25,756 nt of DNA from a virus (taxonomy: Duplodnaviria; Caudoviricetes): IMG/VR virus record IMGVR_UViG_3300034410_000162, positions 1-25,756 of that record; one strand, written 5' to 3'. Both the position numbers and the translations under genes were made by a program. The notes under the pieces are model-generated. The model was not told the origin of the DNA. It was given only the letters and a program-made list of their open reading frames with translations, and searched no databases. Positions within the stretch are counted from its first letter, which is position 1. The number at the start of each line of letters is the position of its first letter. Shown here piece by piece: positions 16,141 to 23,849 of the stretch.

Positions 16141-16625
16141 CCGTTAAAAAGAAATACCCTCAGCGAGCTCCGAAACGTAACTACTTTGCCGAGTTAAGTA
16201 AGACCGCTGAGGGCCGCGCTAAACGTGCGGAGTGGGCTAAACAGCCACGCAAGAACCCTGGAAGACCGGCTGGTGTCCCTCATGGTTACACCAAAGAGAC
16301 CATTGAGCCGATCCGAGCAAAAGCCAAACAAGAAGCAGAAAGGTTTGTACAGATCATGTCAGACAACGGCGAAGCCCCAGAAGATGATTTCGCTAAAGAA
16401 GCCCTCAAGACAGCAGTCGAGGTAATGCGCGTTCCTGGTGAAACCAGGGAGCGTCTTGCGGCGGCTAGGCTTGTCTTGGACTTCACCAAGCAGAAACCAG
16501 CATCAAAGTCCGATGTAACTATCGGCAAAGCAGAAGGCTTCTTAGAAGGCCTACTGGAGCAGGAAGAAGAGAGCACCACAGATGGAACAAAAGCTGCAGC
16601 AGATACGGAAGAAGCTATACACTAA
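16137..16625 (+). CDS. terS: Terminase small subunit (putative)
   Basis: Basic N-terminus with NPGRPAG, helical RLAAARLVLDFTKQKP. Overlaps terL by 44 nt. Confidence 0.7.
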   Translation: MTVKKKYPQRAPKRNYFAELSKTAEGRAKRAEWAKQPRKNPGRPAGVPHGYTKETIEPIRAKAKQEAERFVQIMSDNGEAPEDDFAKEALKTAVEVMRVPGETRERLAAARLVLDFTKQKPASKSDVTIGKAEGFLEGLLEQEEESTTDGTKAAADTEEAIH

Positions 16626-18153
16626 CTTCCCCTATTACGCTAACGCAGCTCTAAAGATACGAACTAAGCAAGGTGACATCACCCCACTTAAGCTCAACCA
16701 AGCACAGGAGATACTCGACAAAGCAGTTCAAGCTCAGCTCGATACTGAAGGTAAGATCCGAGTAATCATTCTGAAGGCCCGACAGCAGGGTCTGTCCACC
16801 TACACTGGTGGCTACCTCTATTATTCAGTGTCGCAGCAGAAAGCGCGTAAAGCGATGGTCGTTACACACCACGCTGACAGTACTCGGGCTCTGTTCGATA
16901 TGACCAAGAGGTTTCACGAGCACTGCCCTGAGATACTTAAACCCCACACTAAGTACTCAAGCAGAAGGGAATTGTCTTTTGATATACTTGACTCATCTTT
17001 CGTTGTTGCCACAGCGGGTGGCGACAGTGTCGGTCGCGGAGAGACACTCACACACGTCCACTGTTCAGAGCTTGCATTCTGGCCCAAATCTAATGCTGAA
17101 GAGGTTTGGAACGGCTTGCTTCAAGCGGTACCGAATGCTCCTGGCACTGCTGTTTTCGTCGAGAGTACCGCGAATGGTGTAAGCGGCATCTACTACGATC
17201 TATGGCGAGGAGCTGTAGAGGGCAAGAATGGCTTCGTGCCGGTCTTCATACCTTGGTATGCGGATCCGACATATCGAGAGCCGGTGCCTGATAAGTTTGA
17301 GCGAACACCCGACGAGATTGAGCTCGCCGATCTGTATGATCTGGATGATGAGCAGTTAATGTTTCGTCGCCGTAAAGTAGCTCAGAACGGGATCGACCTG
17401 TTTAAGCAGGAATACCCCAGCGAACCTGAGGAAGCTTTCCTGACAACAGGTCGTCCCGTGTTTAACCTGGAGAAGCTGCAAGAGCAGTTGAAAGAGACCA
17501 GAGATGTCGAAGAGCGTCTCGCTTTAGAAGGCGAAGACTTCGTCGAGCACATGCGAGGCGAGCTCACGACATATAGAAAGCACGACCCAGGCGAGCAGTA
17601 CATTATCGGTGCTGATGTCGCCATGGGTGTTAGCCGAGGTGACTACTCAGTCGCCCAAGTCTTAGACAGTAAAAAGCGACAGGTCGCCACCTGGCGCGGC
17701 AGGGTTCACCCTGACTACTTTGCTGATGTTCTGCGAGCACTCGGTTACTACTACAACGAGGCTAGGATTATCGTCGAGAATAATGGTCACGGCATCTTGA
17801 CGTGTACCCGATTAGGTAAGGACTACGCTTACCCTAACTTCTACACGGAAGTGCAGGTCGATAAGATTACCGACAAAGAGACAATCAAGCTTGGCTTCTC
17901 AACTACCGCAAGAACCAAGCCGCTTATTATTGACCAGCTTCGCGCTTCTCTAAGAGAGGACGAGCTGGAGATAAACGACAAAACAACACTTAGAGAAATG
18001 CTTACTTACATCGTCACCGACAGTGGGTCGATGGAAGCGGAGCCAGGCTGCTTTGATGATTGTGTGATGTCACTGGCACTAGCCAATCACATACATGAAG
18101 GAGCTTGGGATCCAATCGATTCAACCGATGATTACTACGAGGATATGGTCTAA
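16582..18153 (+). CDS. terL: Terminase large subunit
   Basis: Walker A LKARQQGLST, GRGET, Walker B VHCSELAFW, coupling motif ESTANG, nuclease IGADVAMG...DYS and FDDCVMSLALA. Confidence 0.96.
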   Translation: MEQKLQQIRKKLYTNFPYYANAALKIRTKQGDITPLKLNQAQEILDKAVQAQLDTEGKIRVIILKARQQGLSTYTGGYLYYSVSQQKARKAMVVTHHADSTRALFDMTKRFHEHCPEILKPHTKYSSRRELSFDILDSSFVVATAGGDSVGRGETLTHVHCSELAFWPKSNAEEVWNGLLQAVPNAPGTAVFVESTANGVSGIYYDLWRGAVEGKNGFVPVFIPWYADPTYREPVPDKFERTPDEIELADLYDLDDEQLMFRRRKVAQNGIDLFKQEYPSEPEEAFLTTGRPVFNLEKLQEQLKETRDVEERLALEGEDFVEHMRGELTTYRKHDPGEQYIIGADVAMGVSRGDYSVAQVLDSKKRQVATWRGRVHPDYFADVLRALGYYYNEARIIVENNGHGILTCTRLGKDYAYPNFYTEVQVDKITDKETIKLGFSTTARTKPLIIDQLRASLREDELEINDKTTLREMLTYIVTDSGSMEAEPGCFDDCVMSLALANHIHEGAWDPIDSTDDYYEDMV

Positions 18154-18155
18154 CA

Positions 18156-20165
18156 ATGGCAGACATCAAATCATATAGTGAAATGTCCGACGCAGAGATC
18201 ACTAAGATCGTTGAGACAAACATTCGCCGCAGCGTGGGTTACTACGACAGCGAAATCTCAACTGAACGCCGCAGAGTTATCGAGTATTACAACGGCAAGC
18301 TACCGAAAGCACCTGAAGGCAAAAGCAAGTATGTGTCTATGGATGTATACGACAGCGTCGAAGGTCTAAAGGCCAGCCTGCTCGAGACGTTTGCTGCCGG
18401 TAACCGCATTGTAAAGTTTGCGCCGCAAGGACCAGAAGACGTGGCTAAGGCAGAAGTATGCAGTGCCTATACAGACTATGTCTGCTTCCGTCAGAACGAT
18501 TTGTACTCCGTTATGAGCTCGGTAATCCACGATGGTCTCACAGCTCGAGCCGGTGTTGCCAAAGTCTACTTTGAAACAAGTGAAGAGCAAGAAGAGCAAG
18601 AGTTTATCAATCTTACACAAGACGAGCTGGACATGCTCTTGGCCGACGAAGGTGTCGAGCTTGGAGACAGCGATACAGATGACTTCGGTCTTATCAGCGG
18701 TAACGTATATGTCACCCGTGACACCAGTCAGGTTAAGATTGAAAACATTGCGCCGGAAGAGTTTCTAATCGAGCCTCAAGCTCGTGCGCTGCATCCTGAC
18801 TTTATTAACTTCTGTGCCCATCGCACTCGCAAGACACTCAGTGAGCTGCGCGACATGGGTTATGACGAAGACAAGATTAGCAAGCTTAGCGATGCCGATG
18901 GTGTCGAGATGGAAACAGACCCTGAAATCCTAGCTCGTCACGAAGGCACCGGCTCCGACCGAGGATTTAGTGCCGAAGGCTACCAAGACCAAGTACGCCA
19001 GGTAATGTGCTATGAAGCGTACATCCAGCTAGACAAAGAAGGCACTGGAACAGCTCGTCTATACCGCGCCTTTATGGCTGGCACTACGTTGCTCGATTGT
19101 GAGCTGGCAGACCGCATTCCGTTTATCGCCTTTGTGCCGATCCCGATCCCTCACGCTTTCTTCGGTTCCAACTTCGCTGAGAAGCTTGTCGCCACGCAGA
19201 ATGCTCGCACGGTACTTACGCGCTCCATCCTAGACCACGCTGCGATTACCAACGCGCCTCGCTACATGGTGACAAAAGGCGGTCTAACCAACCCGCGTGA
19301 ATTGATTGACAACCGTGTAGGCGGCTTAGTTAACGTAACGCGGCCCGATGCTATTCAGCCGATGCCGCAAGCACCTCTCAACCCGTTCATCTTCCAGACC
19401 ATTAAGATGCTGGACGAGGACAAAGAGGACACCTCAGGTGTGTCACGTTTGAGCCAAGGCACGAACAAAGATGCTGTAAGTAAACAGAACAGCAGTGCGA
19501 TGATTGAGCAGTTGGCCTCTATGAGCCAGACCCGTCAGAAGATTATCGCTCGCAACTTTGCTAACCAGTTTATCAAGCCGCTCTTCCACGAGGTGTATCG
19601 CCTTTGCGTCGAGAACGAGGACTACGAGAAGATTATTCAAGTGGCCGGAGACTTCATTGCGGTAACACCAGGCGACTGGGAGCAAAAGCGCGATGTCATG
19701 GTCGAGTTGAAACTCGGATACGGAGAAGCTGACAAAGAAGCTCAGAAGCTTGCAAACCTGCACGTCACGCTTAGCCAAGACCCAACACTTTCACAGTTAT
19801 ACAAGCCTGAGAACGCTTACGCGCTCATGCGTGATGCAATGCGTCACCAAGGCATCCTAAATGTCGAGGAGTACTTAACGCCTCCCGATCAGATACCACC
19901 TCCGCAGCCTGATCCTAACGCGGATATGCAAATGCAGATGGTGGCTAAACAGCTCGAGATCCAAGATCGTCAAGTTTCGATCAGTGAGCAGAAGGCAGCT
20001 TTGGAAGCCCAAATCTCCCAAGCCAAATTGGAGCTCGACAGAATGAAAGCACAGAACGAGCTGGCAATCCGGTCGGATAGTCAAGACCTCAAAGAGGAGC
20101 AGTTCTTGCACAAACAGCGGATAGACCAAGCCGAGCTACAGCTCGCCCGTCTGAAGCAAAACTAA
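18156..20165 (+). CDS. Portal protein
   Basis: 669 aa directly after terL. SKYVSMDVYDSVE, IENIAPEEFLI, PFIAFVPIPIPHAFFG, SGVSRLSQG, and a C-terminal Gln-rich coiled-coil barrel as in P22/SU10-type portals. Confidence 0.92.
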   Translation: MADIKSYSEMSDAEITKIVETNIRRSVGYYDSEISTERRRVIEYYNGKLPKAPEGKSKYVSMDVYDSVEGLKASLLETFAAGNRIVKFAPQGPEDVAKAEVCSAYTDYVCFRQNDLYSVMSSVIHDGLTARAGVAKVYFETSEEQEEQEFINLTQDELDMLLADEGVELGDSDTDDFGLISGNVYVTRDTSQVKIENIAPEEFLIEPQARALHPDFINFCAHRTRKTLSELRDMGYDEDKISKLSDADGVEMETDPEILARHEGTGSDRGFSAEGYQDQVRQVMCYEAYIQLDKEGTGTARLYRAFMAGTTLLDCELADRIPFIAFVPIPIPHAFFGSNFAEKLVATQNARTVLTRSILDHAAITNAPRYMVTKGGLTNPRELIDNRVGGLVNVTRPDAIQPMPQAPLNPFIFQTIKMLDEDKEDTSGVSRLSQGTNKDAVSKQNSSAMIEQLASMSQTRQKIIARNFANQFIKPLFHEVYRLCVENEDYEKIIQVAGDFIAVTPGDWEQKRDVMVELKLGYGEADKEAQKLANLHVTLSQDPTLSQLYKPENAYALMRDAMRHQGILNVEEYLTPPDQIPPPQPDPNADMQMQMVAKQLEIQDRQVSISEQKAALEAQISQAKLELDRMKAQNELAIRSDSQDLKEEQFLHKQRIDQAELQLARLKQN

Positions 20166-20174
20166 GGATAGTAA

Positions 20175-20462
20175 ATGTCTATTAATACCCAAGAAGAGCA
20201 GATGATCCATCTCGGCGACCTCGCTGAGCAGCTAATACAAAGCGAGGCCTTCACCGAAACGATCAATTCATTAGTGGAAGCTACGTTTCAAACATTCGTC
20301 AACTCTGCCCCAGAGCAGGAAGACGATCGTCAACGTGCCTACACGCATTACCGTGCCCTCGTCGATATCACTAATACGCTACGCCAGCGCGTGAGCGTTC
20401 GTGATGAAATCAACGCAAAGCATGACGGTGACAACAACCAAACAGACGAAGAGGAAAGCTGA
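20175..20462 (+). CDS. Small helical protein between portal and scaffold
   Basis: 95 aa with AAGGA SD; its position is common in such head modules. Confidence 0.75.
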   Translation: MSINTQEEQMIHLGDLAEQLIQSEAFTETINSLVEATFQTFVNSAPEQEDDRQRAYTHYRALVDITNTLRQRVSVRDEINAKHDGDNNQTDEEES

Positions 20463-20466
20463 GACC

Positions 20467-21531
20467 ATGTCAAACAACGTCCCAGATAATACTCGAACAA
20501 ATATCCCGCTGTCTGTCGATGACGCGGCGGATGCACTCTTGGCTCGCTGGACTGACGCTGATGAAAATCAGCCATCAGAAAGCGATGTTCCAGAGGCAGC
20601 AGAATCGGAACCCACCCCCGAGACTAATGGTTCCGATCTGGTCGATGAGCAAGATACCGAAGTCGAACTAGACGACGATCAAGATCTTGAAGGCCCTGAA
20701 GAAGAGGAGCTCGACGAAGACGACTACGAAGATGAAGATGATCAAGAAGAAGAAGAGACAGAGGAAGAGGCCGAAGAAGCCCGTAAACTGTCCGAAGATG
20801 ATCTCGTCCCAGTAACTGTTGACGGAGAGACCCATCAGGTACCTGCCAAGAAGCTTGCGCGTCTTTATGGACAAGAGGCCTCGCTCACCCGAAAGTCTCA
20901 AGAACTAGCTACCCAGCGTAAAGCTGCAGAAGAGGCAGTGGGTAAAACCAATGCAGTTATGCAGCGTATGCTTGAGAAGGCTGAAGAGGCATATAAGCCT
21001 TATGCCGAGGTCGATATGTTGGTCGCATCTAAGACCATGAACGACTCGGACTTCGCGCAATTGCGTAAAGAAGCCCAACAAGCAGAGGAGCAACTTAAGT
21101 TCCTTCGTGAAGAAGCCGACACCTATTACTCATCAATGCGGTCTGAGCAAGACAAGCTTCTGCAGGAGCAAGCCCAGACAGCAGTGAAGGTACTGCAAGA
21201 GGCAGTGCCGGAGTGGTCCAACGAGCTCTACAATGACATCCGCACTTATGCGGTTGCCCAGGGCTTGCCGGAAGAACAGGTGAACATGATTGTCGATCCT
21301 AACTCGATCATGATCTTGAACAAAGCGCGTCTTTACGACCAGGGCAAAAGAGTTGCCTCCGCCAAACGTAAGAAAGCATCAACAAAGAAAACTATGCGGT
21401 CGCAGAAAGCCCCGCCTAGCTCAAAGCAGTTGAAAACAGAGAAGCTTGCTAAGTCCCGTGCCAAGTTGCACGAGCGCGGCAGCGACATTGATGACATTGC
21501 AGATGCACTTATGGCTCGCTGGGAAGAGTAA
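20467..21531 (+). CDS. Capsid scaffolding protein
   Basis: GAGGA upstream of ATG 20467. Very acidic N-terminus, VTVDGETHQV...QEASLTRKSQELA motif, coiled coil, basic C-terminus. Precedes the major capsid gene. Confidence 0.88.
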   Translation: MSNNVPDNTRTNIPLSVDDAADALLARWTDADENQPSESDVPEAAESEPTPETNGSDLVDEQDTEVELDDDQDLEGPEEEELDEDDYEDEDDQEEEETEEEAEEARKLSEDDLVPVTVDGETHQVPAKKLARLYGQEASLTRKSQELATQRKAAEEAVGKTNAVMQRMLEKAEEAYKPYAEVDMLVASKTMNDSDFAQLRKEAQQAEEQLKFLREEADTYYSSMRSEQDKLLQEQAQTAVKVLQEAVPEWSNELYNDIRTYAVAQGLPEEQVNMIVDPNSIMILNKARLYDQGKRVASAKRKKASTKKTMRSQKAPPSSKQLKTEKLAKSRAKLHERGSDIDDIADALMARWEE

Positions 21532-21564
21532 AACCCCCGCTGGAACATTGAAAGGAATAAAACA

Positions 21565-22449
21565 ATGGCAGCATATACCACTTACGACCAAGTAGGCCTG
21601 GCAGAGTCGGTTGAGGACGTAATTCACGACATTACGCCTACTGATTGCCCATTCTACAGCCTCATCAAGAACGAGAAAGTAAACGCTCGTACATTTGAAT
21701 GGATTGAAGATAGTCTTTCTGCAGCCGCTGATAACGCCCAAGTAGAGGGCTTTACGGCAACTGACGGAACGCTGACTACACCTTCGACCCGTTCCAATAC
21801 GACCCAAATCATGACCAAAGTATTCAACGTCACAGCAACCGCTGATGCCGTTAAGACTTACGGTCGTGCGAAAGAGACTGCGTACCAGCTTGGTAAAGCT
21901 CTGAAAGAGATTAAGCGCGACTATGAACGCGCCATGATCGGCGTAGACAACGCTGCTGTGACAGGCAACGGATCTACTGCCCGTGAAATGGCTTCTGTTT
22001 CGCAACAGATCTCAACAACGGTTGATGCCGGTTCAGGTTCTACTGATCCGCTCACTGAAGCTAAGCTTCTCGAGCTGGGTCAGGATTGCTATGACAACGG
22101 TTCCGACCCAAGCATCCTCATGATTAAACCTGCCGACGCTACTATTGTAGCTGGCTTTGCAGCCGCCTCAGGCCGCAATCGTGAGTTCGCTCAAAGCCGC
22201 GAGCTGGTCAACGTAATTGACCTGTACGTCTCGCCATTCGGTGAGTACCGCGTTGTACTCAACCGCCACCAGCTCAGCACCAATGCGTTCCTCATCGATC
22301 CGTCGATGTTCCGCACGGTGTCTCTGCGCCCGTTCACTCGCACTCTGCTTGCTAAGCAAGGCGACAGCGACCGTCACATGGTCACTGGTGAAGTATCTGT
22401 CAAGCACAGCAACTTCGCTGACTCGGGCATGATCACAGGCCTGTCATAG
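21565..22449 (+). CDS. Major capsid protein (DUF5309 / SU10-type, HK97 fold)
   Basis: ESVEDVIHDITPTDCPF, FEWIEDSL, NTTQIMTK, KEIKRDYE, YVSPFG, LAKQGDS. Strong AAGGA SD. Confidence 0.93.
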   Translation: MAAYTTYDQVGLAESVEDVIHDITPTDCPFYSLIKNEKVNARTFEWIEDSLSAAADNAQVEGFTATDGTLTTPSTRSNTTQIMTKVFNVTATADAVKTYGRAKETAYQLGKALKEIKRDYERAMIGVDNAAVTGNGSTAREMASVSQQISTTVDAGSGSTDPLTEAKLLELGQDCYDNGSDPSILMIKPADATIVAGFAAASGRNREFAQSRELVNVIDLYVSPFGEYRVVLNRHQLSTNAFLIDPSMFRTVSLRPFTRTLLAKQGDSDRHMVTGEVSVKHSNFADSGMITGLS

Positions 22450-22467
22450 GTCTCAGTGATTAGCTGA

Positions 22468-22530
22468 TTGGGAACCCAGGGGTTTGCAGGTTTCTGCTCT
22501 CCTTACTGCTGCCCCTGGGGGACCTTCCAA
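22468..22530 (+). ncRNA. Putative structured RNA element downstream of the capsid gene
   Basis: CCCAGGGG (22475-22482) / CCCCTGGG (22512-22519), inner GCAG/CTGC, outer GGAA/TTCC. Loop contains TGCTCTCCTT. No U-tract follows. Confidence 0.5.
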
Positions 22531-22552
22531 CGACATAAGAAAGGAAGCATCT

Positions 22553-22864
22553 ATGTCTGACACAAAAGACACGAAATCATTACACGACATTAAAGAGGAA
22601 CTGATCCAAGACGGTGATCGCGTTACTCGTAAGAAGTCACAAGTCATTCCACAAAGCTTTATCCAAGATCTACGCAATCAACGCTTTGCCAGCTCGCACA
22701 CGCGAGAGGGCGAAAACCAGCGTCTCGCATCGATCCCTGTAGCAGTTCACGAGAAGTGGCTGCGTGAAGGCTTTGATCTATTCCAGCATTCTCACAAGGA
22801 TGTACTGAGACGTTTGAGAGCCGAAAACCTCGACGCATTTATAACAACTAACAAGCAGGTGTAA
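22553..22864 (+). CDS. Conserved phage hypothetical protein downstream of the capsid gene
   Basis: AAGGA SD before ATG 22553; RLASIPVAVHEKWLREG motif; 103 aa. Confidence 0.8.
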   Translation: MSDTKDTKSLHDIKEELIQDGDRVTRKKSQVIPQSFIQDLRNQRFASSHTREGENQRLASIPVAVHEKWLREGFDLFQHSHKDVLRRLRAENLDAFITTNKQV

Positions 22865-22866
22865 CC

Positions 22867-23046
22867 ATGGCTGCAGGCAAAGGACTATACGCAAACATCC
22901 ACGCAAAGAAGAAACGCATCAAAGCCGGATCAGGTGAGAAGATGCGTAAGGCAGGTTCCAAAGGCGCACCTAAAGCTTCTGCTTTTAAGGAGGCCGCTAA
23001 GACCGCCAAGAAGAAGCCAGCCAAGAAGCGCAGCGGGTATGCCTAA
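22867..23046 (+). CDS. Small Lys/Ala-rich basic protein (59 aa, absent from the ORF track)
   Basis: MAAGKGLYANIHAKKKRIKAGSGEKMRKAGSKGAPKASAFKEAAKTAKKKPAKKRSGYA. AGGT upstream; I recognise GLYANIHAK as a recurrent phage motif. Confidence 0.85.
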   Translation: MAAGKGLYANIHAKKKRIKAGSGEKMRKAGSKGAPKASAFKEAAKTAKKKPAKKRSGYA

Positions 23047-23233
23047 TTGCGACACATATTATGCTCGGTTCTTTCGTGACTTTCGCGGCGCATACATCTG
23101 GGCATCCGAGCTCGGCGAAGGCAAAGGCAAGTCCTTTAGCTTTGACGTGAAGTGGGACAGCGAGGCATTGGCTTGGAAGGCCTCAGCCCGATGGACAATA
23201 CCGACATCCAATAGAGAGGATAAATCGCAATGA
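23039..23233 (+). CDS. Hypothetical protein (64 aa)
   Basis: MPNCDTYYARFF...; overlaps the upstream stop and has an ATGA overlap with the adaptor gene, filling the gap. Confidence 0.6.
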   Translation: MPNCDTYYARFFRDFRGAYIWASELGEGKGKSFSFDVKWDSEALAWKASARWTIPTSNREDKSQ

Positions 23234-23844
23234 ATTATGGCGATCTTAAAACGCATTTTACTGAAGTGCTGAACCGCAGCGATATCAGCACAGTCCTAAC
23301 TGAGCGTTTTATCGACCAGGGCTTGGCGCGTATCCAGCGCAGCCTCCGAGTGCCTTTTATGGAGAAGCAGCGGAACTACACTATCAGCAGCTCAACCCAA
23401 TCACTTGTGCTGCCTAACGACTTTATCGAGACACGAGATCTCTATCACAGCTCTGGCACGACACTTGAGCGCGTCAGCATGGAAACAATGCAAGCCCTCA
23501 AAGCAAACAACCTAGTCGGTAACCCAACTAAGTACGCTCGGGAGCAAGCTGAGCTACTTATCTATCCGTATCCTAGCGATGGGACAGTGACACTTAACTA
23601 CTATGGCGAGCTTGAAGCCTTTGTGTCGGATAGCACTGAGACAACAATCACGAAAGTGGCACCTGACTTGGTGATCTATGCCGGTCTAACCTTCGCAGCC
23701 GATTTCTATCTTGATGAGCGCAGCCCACTGTTCGAGGCAAAGTACAAAGCCTTCCTCGAGGAGCTACAAGAGCAGTCTAACGACCAAGAGCTCAACGGCG
23801 GCACCCAAAGCATTTCCCTAGCCTTTACATATGACGAGGAGTAA
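23230..23844 (+). CDS. Head-tail adaptor / tail tubular protein A-like
   Basis: MNYGDLK...LNRSD, FIDQGLARIQRSLR, LPNDF, IYPYP, PDLVIYAGL. GAGGA SD. Confidence 0.82.
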   Translation: MNYGDLKTHFTEVLNRSDISTVLTERFIDQGLARIQRSLRVPFMEKQRNYTISSSTQSLVLPNDFIETRDLYHSSGTTLERVSMETMQALKANNLVGNPTKYAREQAELLIYPYPSDGTVTLNYYGELEAFVSDSTETTITKVAPDLVIYAGLTFAADFYLDERSPLFEAKYKAFLEELQEQSNDQELNGGTQSISLAFTYDEE

Positions 23845-23849
23845 CCCGC

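Noticed and set aside
16793-16800. TGTCCACC partial copy of the putative phage promoter
   Set aside because: It lies in the TerL Walker A codons and lacks the downstream TAAGGAGA, so it is probably chance.
21421-22005. 194-aa minus-strand ORF and the other antisense ORFs in the track
   Set aside because: They are shadows of well-supported + strand genes and have no protein-like motifs.
22475-22519. Post-capsid hairpin as an intrinsic terminator like T7 Tphi
   Set aside because: No U-tract follows the stem; kept as a structured RNA candidate instead.
22430-22864. T7 10B-style frameshift or readthrough extension of the capsid protein
   Set aside because: No slippery site seen. Readthrough of TAG ends after 5 codons, and the downstream ORF frame is closed by TGA at 22457.
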